A DNA stretch of 64,000 nucleotides from Octopus sinensis (lineage: Eukaryota). This document shows, piece after piece, positions 10,698-24,000 of this stretch. Below the pieces are notes generated by a model. That model was given only the letters and a program-made list of their open reading frames with translations, had not been told where the DNA came from and did not search any database. Position numbers and translations under genes: made by a program. Position 1 is the first letter of the stretch, and each line of letters begins with the position of its first letter. The stretch lies in the NCBI RefSeq assembly GCF_006345805.1, contig NC_043002.1, positions 72,850,001 through 72,914,000 on the forward strand. Direction: 5' to 3'.

Positions 10698-13600
10698 TAT
10701 ATATATATATATAGTGCATGTTTGCAACATACTCAATGATAAACTATGCTTTTGCATAGTTTTTAATTTCAAGACATTGATCAACTAGATACTTTGGTAG
10801 AAGTCATTTTCCCAAAGTGTTGCCCCCAGTGGGATCAAACCCAGACAAATGTAGTTGTAAAGCAAACTTTTGAACCACACATTTGTACCTGCATTCCATG
10901 TATAAGGCTTATTGAAACACCTGTGAGAGATAGCTAAACTATATCTTACAAAGAAGCATGATAGATGTAGGGATATCTGTTAGAAAATTTTTTCTAAATG
11001 ATAGGAAATAAGATATTAATTAAAATATATTTCGATATTTGTGGTCAAACAAGTGCAAAGGATTGGTTGAATATCAGACAAAACAATGCAGAGTATCTAG
11101 TTTTGAGCTCAAACCCTGCTGCCAACGATATTATTGTCTGGTCTTTTTGTGTTTGTAAAATAAATACCAATGAGATATTGTCAATATAATCAACTGTATC
11201 CATCCCAGAAAATTTGTGGCTGTGCGATTGTTTGAAATCAAATTTTACTAGTCAGTTGATGTAAATATGCCAATGGATGGAAAATATAGAAATGAAACTC
11301 TGTGGTAATTTGAAATGTAGAACCTTCAACTTTGATTATAATTTAAACTAACTATTATAATCATAGCATATTTGGTTCCATTACTAAATGTTTATGCAGT
11401 ATACTTGAGAGGTGGTTTTTCGAAGAGCAGCAATGGTAAACTTGGAATTCAACTGCATTGTTGATTAGCACCATATTGGTTATAATTGACATCAAAAGCA
11501 TTCCAACCATGAATATCCAGCTTATTTATTGTATAACAAGGACTGCATTGGTGAATGTGTCCTTGCATTTTTTTTTTTGATGGTGGTAGGATGCGAGTTG
11601 AATATTTGATCAAGTGACTGCATAAAGGTACGCATGAATGATATAAATTTTATTTGTAAAGTTTGGTATGTGACGGAAGCTGTTTTATTGAGTAGCTGTT
11701 GCTTCATGTGCAGACGATTGTGACAGTGTATACTAAATACTTGTCCAGATTTTTGTAATGTTTAATTCTAATAAAGCAAAACCTAAAAATTATTTTACAA
11801 CTATTTACAAAAATTTTAATAAAATTATACGTATATTTAAATAACTCCTATTTTGTTGCTTTTTTTTTTTTGTATTTTTAGAAAAAAGTACAAGTATAAA
11901 TTCATTTGACACCTCACCCACAATATTATCTTCACAGTCTGCTCATTTAAAAAATAAATGTTCCTCTGAGCAGCCCATCTGCAAGTAGATAATCATTAAA
12001 TGAAATGCAAACAAGAATATGAAAAAAAAAAAAGAAAATTAATATGAACAATTAGGTAACCCTTTAGTATTCAGACTATTCTATCAAATGTATTGCTTAT
12101 TTACTCACATTGTTTTAAATTAATCATGCATTATCAAATAACTTTGAAATTTCAATGGTTTGATTCCCTTACTTTTTAGAATGATGTTGTAGGGTGGGTG
12201 TGAGAGGCTAGATCTAGCCAGTATTAACATAAAACAGGTAGAATATTTGGGTCTAATTAAATGTTAAAAAGTTAATCAAACTCTTTTAAAATTCCGAAAT
12301 TTCAATGGTCAGATTCCCTTATTTTTTATTAATAAGAATTATTAAACTTTACAGACTTATACGGTGTTTAGTTTAGAAATATTTTACTGAGTTAACAAGG
12401 GACACAACACTAAATAAGAAATTATAAAATTCAGTTACTTCCCTTGAATTCGTTCATTTTTTTTTTTTATGAACCTACGTTTGACGATATAAATAGGCAA
12501 ATTTCTTGCCACCGTTACATATATACATCTGTCTATCTTTTTTCCCTTCTTTTCACGATCCCTTTTGATCGGAATTCGCCCCCTTTTTTTTTCTTCCCAA
12601 AAAGAAAAGCTCTACTTTGTATTTTGTCGCAATGTGTTATTAGACAATATCGACCCTGATATACAAAAAGGCGAGATGGTCACGGTTAGAACATTTTAGT
12701 TATACACCTGCTCGATCAGAGCTGAACTGGATCTAATGGATGTTTTCATTTCATTCGCTCCTTTTACGTCCTTTATTTTGTGCTAGCACGGGTTACCAGA
12801 AGACATCAAAATATTGTTTTTTTTTTAAAAATTTTTTTTACAGCCTGCTGTCGCTAGTGCCCCTAATAACTGCTTTCCACTCATTCTTGAAAGCATAGAA
12901 TCATCAGCCAGTTTTCTGACAGGGAAGTCGGCTACCAAAGATGTTTGTTGATGTCACCGTGACTTTCTTTTTTTCATCTGTGCAGATTATACCGATCTCT
13001 CTCTCATATAAATGTGAGAGAGAAAGTAGGGCCGGTCCCAGGAATTCTTCGAAGGGAGGGCACAAGTTCAGAAGGGCATACAATTCCAGGAGAAAAGGGC
13101 ACAATAACATTATTTAGAAGGATGGACTTTTCTTGAGGGGTGACCATACCCCATCAGGCCCCCACCTTCGGTCCACCCCTGGAGAAAGAGAAACACATAC
13201 AAATGGCTTTGTGCAGTTTCCATCTATCAAACTCAATCATAAAAGCATTGATTGCGTGAGGACATTGTGGACGCTTACCGAAGAAGACACATGCAGTGGG
13301 ACAATCTCAAAGTACTAAGTTGTGAAGTAAACTTCTTAATTACACAACCACACCTCATTCTAAGTTAAAATTGTGAGCTTTTATTATTTTAAATAGTATT
13401 GCAATGCTTCTTTGCAACCTATTCCAAAACTTGCGAATGACACACCATTATTACCATCACTTTGTTCTGATGATGAGCAGAGCAAGATTTAAAATGTTAA
13501 TGGACCAAAGGATTCAGGAAAGCTATCTCTTGAAATTAAATATAAAGCAACTAATAAGGAAATATGAAAAATCCTTGATAAAAAAGTTCAAATTTGAACA

Positions 13601-14090
13601 CAGTTGTGTGCTGAATACAATGTGTTTGAATTAAAAATGTTCATTATTTGCACAAATACATATATATTTTACTTTTTGCTTTTTCATGCTAGTCTGGTTT
13701 TAGTTGAGGATTTGAGGCAGATGAAATACCGCTAAGCATTTCGCCTGGCATGCTAACATTTCTGCCAGTTCACCACCTTTTTGTGACAAATATATCATTG
13801 TCATCATTTAGTGTCCGTTGTCCATGCTGATATGGCTTGATTGGGGCTGGTAAGCTGCACCAGACTCCAGTCTGATTTGGCATGGTTTTCTATGGATGGA
13901 TGCCCTTCCTAATGGCAACCACTCCAAGAGTGTAACGAGTGCTTTTATGTGCCACCAGTATCTGCCATGACTGTGATTTGGCTCAGCTTGATGGATCTCG
14001 GTCATTGCCTCATATACACACACACATACATGAGTGGGTACTGAAACGTTCCTGGCTTTGGGTACAAGAAAATACAGGAAGTTTAGTTAA

Positions 14091-14984
14091 CCCCTTGCAG
14101 ACGGATTTAGTACTGACACTGTGCTATATACTGGTATTAGGGTATTCAGTAACTACATAACTTTTCATACAAGTAATTTTACAGTGTATTTACAGATTTT
14201 TCTTAGTGTGGTTTATTTGAAAACACAAGATAGTTGTGTGAAAAAGTGCCACACCCTAGCTGTTGAGGGAACCTGCGGAAGAGGCAGACCCAGGAAAACC
14301 TGGGACGAGGTGGTGAAGCACGACCTTCGAACTTTAGGTCTCACTGAGGAAATGACTAGAGACCGAGACCTCTGGAAGTGTGCTGTGCGCGAGAAGACCC
14401 GGCAGGTCAAGTGAGTCCATAACCCGTGGCCTTCTACATGGGATGGAGCCAGCCTACGTATGCATACCTTCCCTTCTTGGGACACAAAACTCTACTTGTG
14501 AAGACCTGTTGAGGCAAGTGAGGATCAGAATCGAAATCGATCAATGGAAATTGCAGATGTGTTACCAGTGCCGGTGGCATGTAAGAGAACCTTCCGTTTC
14601 GCGACTGTTGCCAGCACCATCTGTTCGTGTCCGTTGCCAGCCTCGCCTCGCCCTTGTGCCGGTGGCACATAAAAAGCACCATCCATTCGTGGCTGTTTGC
14701 CAGCTCTGTCTGGCACCTGTGCAGGTGGCACGTAAAAAGCACCCACTACACTCACGGAGTAGTTGGCGTTAGGAAGGGCATCCAGCCGTAGAAACACTGC
14801 CAGATTTGACTGGGCCTGATGAAGCCTTCTGGCTTCACAGACCCCAGTAGAACCGTCCAACCCATGCTAGCATGGAAAACGGACGCTAAACGATGATGAT
14901 GATGAGTGCCACACAGAACGAGACATTGCATTGCTCACACACAGTGTTTTGATGTGGTCAGTACCGTTTCCCGTCTGCAAGGGG
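14091..14984. mobile_element. Non-autonomous piggyBac-like element, itself carrying an RTE LINE 3' end
   Basis: Perfect 14-bp TIR CCCCTTGCAGACGG/CCGTCTGCAAGGGG; TTAA duplicated at 14087-14090 and 14985-14988. Confidence 0.85.
14229..14904 (+). mobile_element. RTE-clade LINE 3' end (ORF C-terminus + 3' UTR + (GAT)n tail)
   Basis: DSCVKKCHTLAVEGTCGRGRPRKTWDEVVKHDLRTLGLTEEMTRDRDLWKCAV; ends aaacgatgatgatgat. Confidence 0.9.
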
Positions 14985-15144
14985 TTAATTATGATTTTTT
15001 TCTACATATTTCTCTCACAGATTTACACACTTATTGCAGCAGTCCTTAAATTTTCCTAAACCCTATAAAAGAAATTGGAAGATTGAGCCTCCAACTAGGC
15101 TTTTGTGATACCTTTAAGCCAGGAACTTTTTAACACTCCATTAT

Positions 15145-15176
<32 letters not shown>

Positions 15177-17162
15177 GTGTGTGTGTAGTAGCAGAAGGCA
15201 CTTGCTTGGGTTATTGTACAGTGGGACTGAACCCAAAACCCTGTGGCTGGGAACCAAAGTTCTCACCACACAGCTACACCTGCTCCAGTATAATGACAAC
15301 AAACAAATCTTGAAACTGAATGAAATTCAAGTTTTGTTTAAAATAAACCTGAAAAGAATACATTAAAAAAACTTTAAAAATCACTTTTGAAGAATAAACA
15401 AATGATTATTGGAAAGATTTTGTTTTTATTAATTAAGCAAAATATTTAATTCAAATTGGTAATAGAGACTTCATTTGCTTTTTTCTTTTTTTTTTGTGTA
15501 AACTGAAACTAATAGTAAATCAGTTTTTGAATTGATAGACAGTATCAAAGTGGTTAATCTCTCCCAAAGTTTGAACTTTGGTTAAAGAAAAATGTTGATG
15601 ATGCTTTTAATTAATATGATTGATAATGGTAATTCTTAAAGTGAAAATATTAATTTGTAAGTGATAAAATTTTAAAGTTTCAGACTTCTGACATTTAAGA
15701 AAGAATTCTAATTTTTGGCACAAGGCCAGCAATTTTCAGGGGAAGGGGGGAATTAGTCAATAACATTAACCCCAGTACTTGACTGGTACCTTATTTTATT
15801 GACCTTAGAGGAATGAAAGGCAAAGATTTGAACTCAGAATGTTAAGAACAGGAATGAATGCCACAAAGCATTTTTTCTGATATTAACAATTCTGCCAGCT
15901 CACAGCCTTTCTGACCTTTAAGAAGAAAGGTTTACAACCCCAGGTATCTAAAAGTTTCAGTGGATTTTCAGTGGAAAGCTGAAGGTTTTCATAGTTGAGT
16001 CTCAGGTATCAATGACCCTCCTATTCATAAATAGACTCCAAGAGGTGGTACATTTCATTATAAGCAGCAGCAATAAGTTGATAGAGGTTTCAATTGCTTG
16101 CAAATGTAGACTTGAAATCCTCCTGTCCCAGATGGCAAGAAGCCATCCTTCCTTATCTCCCCTGAAATCAACAGGGATTAAGAAATATATCTGATCAGGA
16201 AAAGTTAAGCAATTGGTCCTATTTATCACACTTGTGCAAGATAATTTTTTTGTTTTTGTTAAACAATCAAAGAATAGAAAGTTAAAAAGAAATCAGTGTA
16301 TTCTTTTTTTACACTTATTTTCATTTTTGTTTTTGTTTTGTTTTAGCTAGTCACATGGCCATTAACAGAAGCAGATAGAGTATAATTGAATCAATGGATC
16401 AAAAGCTATCCATGTTTTAAAAACTATGAGCCACTGAACAAGATACAAGAAGGAATCTGATTAGGCCTGCTGCCCTCTGTACTGTACTGGCTTGCTACCC
16501 TCTGCATTTGGCCTGCTACCATCTGCATTATTTCTATTGCTACTACAATTCTTCAGAAGTAAAATGTAAAAAAAAAAAATAATGATAATAATTTCAGTTT
16601 ACTTCTATTCTGTACATAAGTTTGATATAATTTTTCTTTCGTTAAAAAAATAAATGAAAAATGCAGCAATGAATACTAAATGAAACAACCACCAATAAAT
16701 AGATGTACAATATTAACAACAGATGAAAGGTGAAGTGTTTTCTGTAAGGGTTCATCAACGATGTAGTTCTTAAGAAAGAATAAAATTTTAAAAAGATTAG
16801 AAGACAGAGAAGATTCTTCTTTCAAAATTGTTTGAATGAAGGAGGAAAAAAAAAAATTAAGAACTTGCTGATGAGTGATGAGAAAAGTAGAATATATATA
16901 TATATATATCCAAGTTGATAAGGTCCAAATGAAGATTCGAGCACTAATTGCGACATTAATGAAGTGTCGGCTGTTTGAATAATGCTAATTTTGGTGATGC
17001 ATAACAAATAGGTGTTGGAGATGGAGTGAGACGATTGGGTGCAGCTGCTTGGGCGCTGATGGTTTGACACAGCTGACTGGACATTCAGTCTGCTTTGCTG
17101 ATGGTACTTTATGGTGCTGGAGGTAAACATACATGCACACACACACATGTACAGAATTATAA

Positions 17163-17194
<32 letters not shown>

Positions 17195-17799
17195 AGAATT
17201 CATTAATTGAATGCAAGTGACTTAAGCACTTCCCCCTCTCTTCAATACATTTACAGAGAGAGAGGGGAGGTGAGAGTAAAATCAAAAGGAGAGAAACATT
17301 AAAACAGCCGATGTCAAGTAAGTCAGCATTGAACCAGAGATGCCAAAACAGCTGTGCCAAAACGTCTCATACCCTGTTGGTGAGTGAGTGTGACAAATGA
17401 TGAACAGATTTTGAACTTTAGCTGGTCTTAATGGCTCGGGATTAAATAGGATGAGGAAATAAACAATATGTGTAAATTGGGTAACTTGACTAATAACTTC
17501 TGAAAGAAGGAAGAGGAAGAGAAAGTACATGTGGAATATGAAAATACATGTGTAAATGTTGGAAAGATAATCATTGAGAGAAATATATCAATATCTGTAT
17601 ATAAAAACAAATGAGTTCCAAATATATTGATACAACAATGGGAATGGTTTAAAAAACAAAAACAAAAAAAAATTTATGATAAACTGTGGTGGAATACTAA
17701 AATAATAGGCAATCAAATATGAATGTTTTTTGTGTTTGTTTGTATATTCGTTTATGGTTTGTCACTCTTCTTAAAATCAAAATAATTAATTCAGTCAAC

Positions 17800-18072
17800 T
17801 TAAAGAGCAGTGTTCTGATCCAAACCAACTTTGGTATCTTTGGGTGACTGGCTAGGCTTCAACAAGGAACCCTGTTCAAGAAATTCGTTAAGCTCTTGTT
17901 CTATGTCCATTGGTAAAGCAGACTCTTCCCCTTGTCCAACAGCAGACAACAAAGCTTGACCGTTATCATCATCATCCAGATTGTAAGGATCTAGGAGATC
18001 ATCAATGGGGTTATTTGAAATCCCCATGGCATTACGTAGAGCTTTGACACTGACAACAGCACCTGGATTAGC
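17800..18072 (-). CDS. BRD7: BRD7/9 terminal exon 16 (ANPGAVVSVKALRNAMGI...DQNTAL*)
   Basis: TTTTTCAG acceptor; resembles BRD7 PGDIVSTYGVRKAMGI; TAA at 17802-17800. Confidence 0.92.
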   Translation of the reverse strand, partial: ANPGAVVSVKALRNAMGISNNPIDDLLDPYNLDDDDNGQALLSAVGQGEESALPMDIEQELNEFLEQGSLLKPSQSPKDTKVGLDQNTAL

Positions 18073-21000
18073 CTGAAAAATTCATAAAAAATATATGTCA
18101 TCAAAATAATATTGCTTTCAAATTTTGGCACAAGGCCAGCAATTTTGGGCTAGCGGGTAAGTCAATTTACATTGGTCCTACTACCCAACTGATACTTATT
18201 TTATTGACCCAAGAAAGGATGAAAAGCAAAGTTAACCTTGATGGAATTTAAACTCAGAATAATGATGAATACCACAAAGCATTTTGCCTAGCATGCTAAC
18301 AATTTTTATTTCTTTATTGCCCACAAGGGGCTAAACATAGAGGGGACAAACAAGGACAGACAAAGATATTAAGTCGATTACATCGATCCCAGTGCGTAAC
18401 TGGTACTTAATTTATCGAAAAGCAAAGCTGACCTCAGCGGAATTTGAACACAGAACGTAAGGATAGACGAAATATCGCTAAGCATTTCACCAGGCGTACT
18501 AATGATTCTGCCAGCTCAACATCCTAAATATAATATTAATAATAATAATAATACTTTTTACCACAGGTACAAAGCCTGAAATTTAGGGGACTAGTTGATA
18601 ACATCAACCCCAGTGTTTCACTGGTACTTAATTTATCGACTCTGTAAAGATGAAAGGCAAAGTTGACCTCAGTGGCATTTGAACTCTGAACATGAAGACA
18701 GATGAAATACCGCTAAGCATTTCGCCTGGCATGCTAATGATTCTGCCAGCTCGCTGTCTTAATAATAATAACAATACTAATAATAATTCTTTCTACTAAA
18801 ATCACAAGGCTTGAAATTTTGAGGGAGGGGACTAGTTGATTACATTGATCCCCAGTGTTCAACTGGTCCTTATTTTATTGACCCCAAAAGGATGAAAGGC
18901 AAAGTCAACCATTTTGCTAGGCATACTAATGGTCCTGCCAGCTCACCACCATAAGTTGTAAGAATAATATCAAATTAACACACAAGCTTCTATTTTTAAA
19001 AAAAGCACTAAATTCATTATATTTTCTTACAAGAAAATTTCATTGGTAAAAATAAGTTTATGTTTGGTAGCAGACAATGATAATAGAATGGCCTGGCTCT
19101 CTGTCGGTTATGATGAGAAGCATTCCAGTTTTTCTGATTAACAGAGCAGCCTGCTTGGGGAATTAATGTGCAAGTGGTTAAGCACTCCACAGATATGTGT
19201 ACCCTTAATGTAGTTCTCAGGGAGATTCAGTGTGACACCGAATGTAACAAGGCTGGCTCATTCAATTACAGGTACAACATATTTTTGCCAGCTGAGTGAA
19301 CTACAACAAGGAGAAATAAAGAGTCTTACTGAAGGACACTAGAGATGAAGGTGAATATAATAAAATAGTTTACCTGTTTGGCTAATTCTCGTAGTTCTTG
19401 AGTTACTTTATTGGCTGCAAAATGGAAAAAAAAAATAATTAAAGATTATTTAACAGCTTTTGATGTTGCTAATATACATCAACAGGATTCTTAATTGATC
19501 ATCATCATCATTTAACATTCGTTTTCCATGCTGACATGGGTTGGACAGTTTGACTGAGGTCTGGAAAGCCAGCGGCTGCACCAAGCTCCAATCTGATCTG
19601 GCAACGTTTCTACAGCTGGATGCCCTTCCTAACACCAACCACTCCAAGAGTGTAGAGGGTGCTTTTTACGTGCCACCGGCACAGGAGCCAGTCAGGCCGG
19701 CCAGGCATCAATCATGTTCGGATAGTGCTTTTTACATGGAACCATGTTTGGATGGTGCTTGAACAAAATGTGTACAAAGAAATACTACATTTCTGTCCAG
19801 TGATATCTTATTTAACAAAATAACATTTCAGATATTGTTGTTAGAAGATATATTTAATGCTTGATAAAGTATAGACATTCCTTCATCATCATCTAATGTC
19901 CATTTTGTATGCTGGCATGAGTTAGGTGGTTTGACAGGAGCTGGTAGGCTGGAGGGCTGTACCAGGCCCTAGTTGTCTGTTTTGGCATGGTTTCTATCGC
20001 TGGATGCCCTTCCTAATGCCAACCATTTTACAAGGTGTGCTGGATGCTTTCTATGTGGTGCCAGCATGCTGTTCTACCTTTTATATATTAAAAAAAAATA
20101 TGTAATTAACGAGAGAGAGAAAGACGCAATGCTCAGTCCATGTTTGATCATGTTTCAATTCTTGGGTTGAAGCACTACACATTCACATTGTATAAACATT
20201 CAGACTTAATGCCTCATGAAGACAAATTGTACCTGAAAGTTTTTTTTAAAGATAAATCATTATTAGTGCTTTTGGAAGGACTGTTAAGTTAATTTTTTAA
20301 AAATAGTTTTTCAGACACCGTATTTCAGTTTACTTTTTATTCTTCATTATACAGGGTGTCCACAAAGTCTAGGTACATGGAGATTAACACATACTTTAAG
20401 AAATTATTATTTCTTATATTTAATTGTTTATGTTATGATTTTATTTACTCCATGTACCCAGATTTTGTGGACACCCTGTACATCATGTGGAACCTGATGA
20501 TGAATAGCGAACAAACCATGGTATGTTACAAAATTAAGCCACAAAGAATTAAGACCCCAATATTCTTTAAATAGAGACCAAACAAAAAAATTCTACTATG
20601 AAATGAAAGACTGAGTAGTTAAGATGCCTAACTAGTCAGCCCATATCATAGGTTCAAGCCATGTTAGGTGCTGAATACATACTTTAGCAAAGTTTGCATG
20701 CATGTCATGTTTGGAGCAGTGTCTGGATTTTGTAGAATCTATCTTTATTTGGTTGGGGAGAATCAATTTACAATATACAAACTTACCCAAATTTGTAAAC
20801 CTTATTAAATAACTATTGCCAATGAAGTGGCACTCCTAGTTTCTATGGATTCTGGTTTTTATTTACAGAATTAGTTTACTCACCAAGTTGTGCTTCCTTT
20901 TGTGAAGGCCCAGGAACAAAGGCTAGATGAACTGGTGGTTTAGCACTGAGACGATCATGTTGTGTGGAATGAAGATCTTGAATAAGACCTGCAGTGTAGT

Positions 21001-24000
21001 CCAACTTTTGCTGTAATTCCTTCTCTTTGCTGATTTCCTTTTCTGTAAAAGATTACAAAATTACTTCAAAGTATACCATTTATTTTTTTAAGTATATATA
21101 TGTAACGATTGATATTTGTAAACATTAGCATGAGAGGACGATAGTGTGGTAAATGATAGTTGATACACAGTAGGATGGAATGTAATCTGTTTGTAAAGGA
21201 TTGATTCTTCGTTGATTGCCATTATGTAAAGATGAAAGAACAGTGATTGAAGTTATGAAGAAAATATTTATTTACCATTACATCGAATATACCTTGCCTC
21301 AACAGGCAGGCGATAAAATCCTAGAGCGTGCAAAGTAGTAAAAAAGTTAATTTTGGCCTGTGTGTTCTTATTGTAGTAGTAAACCATAGAGAGAGATATG
21401 GTAATGTGCAGAGTAGACAAAGTGAGTTAGTGAAAGTGAGAGAGGGTGGGAAGTTGGGTCTCATAGCTGCTGACAGTAAATTTAATTTCTCCATTTGACC
21501 ATTATCTTTAGTAGCTGCCTTGCTTGTGATCATGATTCTAGCGTTCCGCTCCCTAACTGATGGTAGCAGTCTCTGACTCGAGTTGTCATTCATTAACTGA
21601 CTGAGTTGTCATGAGCCAACTAACTGATTTTTGCTTGGGGTTCTTGCTTTTATAACTATCCAGAAGGATAGACATATCACTTAGAACAATGAATTTAGTT
21701 GGTGGTATTTGTTATGTTAATTTTGAGCTTTTGTAGTCTAGGAGAGGCTAGAAAGGTCAAGTGGTGAACATTATTTTGGTCTAGCTAAGGCAATCTGGCA
21801 AATGTAAAACTACTGTCAAAGAAAAACCATTGTTCCACCGTGAAAAAAGTTCTATTGAACTGTTACTTGGAATTTGGCTATGGTGGATTGAATCCACTTC
21901 ATGCCTGCAAGATCCATTACATACATATATACATATATATATACACACACAAACATATATAAACTCAACAAGAATTTAATAATGTGATATAAAAATGTCT
22001 TTAAATCCCAATGTTTTTGAGGAACTTAATGAGAGAGGTGAAATAATAGAGATTTGGCTGCTACTTCTAGTAGTTTGAGTCTCACGGTTGAAGTTCCCTC
22101 ATTGAGCTTGTAGGAGCTTAAAAATTAGTGTTAATACATAAATTTTAAATCAGGACAGTGGATTAGCAAAATCAGTAAATAGAAAAATTGTCTTGCAATA
22201 TTATTTATTTATCCTCCTTACAACAATAAAGGAGTTCAAATCTCATCAGGTTCAACTCTGCCTTATGTTTTTATAGGGTAGATAAAAATTAAGCAAGCAA
22301 GTACTGGACTGATGTAAAAGGTAAAACTATTGCCTTCAGATTTGTTGTCATGTACCTATGTCAGAGAAAAGCACACTCATGTTGATTCCTTAATCTGTTC
22401 ACCTTCAGATTACTCTGTCTAATGTAATGCTTGTTTATTCACATTGTTTTGTATTTACCCAGCATTATCTTGTAACCCTGAGATATCGATGATGGGATTG
22501 TTCATGTATGAAATGACATTCTAGGATAGGTGTGAGATGTCAGATCTGGCCAGTTTGGATATAATGCAGGTAGAATATTTTGGTCGGATATGGCCAGATT
22601 AAATGCTAAAGGGTTAAAAGTTTGAAAGATAACAACTCATTTGGGAACTTACCAAAATGATCCAGGAATGACAGATCCATTCCAAGGTCACTTGACAAAG
22701 TTTTCAGAGATTCGAAGTCAACATCGTATGGGTCCTAATGAAAATAATCAAACAAAGCATTAGATATAATAATAATAATAATAATAATAAGAGCACTCAG
22801 AGAGCGCAAATCTTTGCCAAGGCAACACCAACGTCCTCTCAATGATTAGCCAGAGATGATTTTTAAAATGAGAATATCTGAAATAAAACTCGACTGCTCT
22901 CACAAACGAGAATACTAAAAATGAATCCAACTGCTCTCAAAACTTGAGTAAAAAAAAAACCAGGAAAAATAATCCTGAATCCTTGTCAGGTACCCAATCA
23001 ATCCCAAAATCTAATCAGTTCATGTCAGTCAGAATGCCAAACATCCCTGAAACTTTCATCTGAATCCATCCAGCGGTTCTTGCGATATCTTGTCCACGGA
23101 CAAACAAACGTGACTGAAAACAATAGCCTTGCCTTTGCTAAAGTGGAGGTCACCATCATCATCATCATCGTTTAACATCCGTTTTCCACGCTAGCACGGG
23201 TTGGACGGTTTCGACCGGGGTCTGGGGAGCCAGGGGCTGCCCCAGGCTCCAGTCTGGTCTGGCAGTGTTTCTACAGCTGGATGCCCTTCCTAACGCCAAC
23301 CACTCCGCGAGTGTAGTGGGTGCTTTTTACGTGCCACCTGCACAGGTGCCAGAGGGGTCTGGCATCGGCCACGGTCAGTTGGTGCTTTTTATGTGCCACC
23401 TGCACAGAAGCCAGTCGGGGCGGTGCTGGCATCGGCCACGTTCGGATGGTGCTTTTTATGTGTGTGTGTGTGTGGGGGTGCAGAAATATAGGGGAGCACC
23501 AGTGGGGAAGGGTGTTCGGAGAAACGATGACAGGTTCTAGACAAGTAGAACGTAGGATATCACGAGGGGTAATGCATGGTGAAATAGCGTATTGAAGAGG
23601 GGGGTTCGAAGAGTAGACACCTATAATGGTGGTGGGAGAAGCGACATCCGGTATAGATGGAGCAAAAATATAGAGATATCCGGTACTGGTGGTGGGCAAG
23701 GGCGGGTGCACCGCGAATACGCGAAGGTTGAAAGACGAGAGAGCGAGGACTTGGACGGGCAAAATTAATAAAGGGATGGTGGAGAAATGGAGAAATTATC
23801 GGCACATAATGATGAGAGGAATTAGGGAATACAATGACAACTGCTTAAGCGTATTAGTAATTAGTAAGTAGATAAAATAGATAGATAGATAAAAACAATC
23901 AAGAAATGAGGCACGTTACTTGACGGGTTGGCTTAAAAATGCTCTTAGCAATGGAAGGGGGAAGGAAGAGGGGGAGGGCAGACAACGTAAAAGAGGGAGA

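Larger units (their letters stand above)
14030..15145. mobile_element. Mariner-type MITE split by a piggyBac-like insertion
   Basis: Halves 14030-14090 and 14985-15145 rejoin to match the 62156-62360 element. Confidence 0.75.

Noticed and set aside
14245-14914. 10-bp agtgccacac (14245-14254, 14905-14914) as the RTE TSD
   Set aside because: LINE coding similarity (DSCVKKCH) seems to extend upstream of the left copy, so it may be microhomology or chance; a consensus alignment is needed.
17397-17505. C/D-box snoRNA-like ATGATGA...CTGA
   Set aside because: On the strand opposite the host gene, not intronic, no terminal stem; ATGATGA is common in this window.
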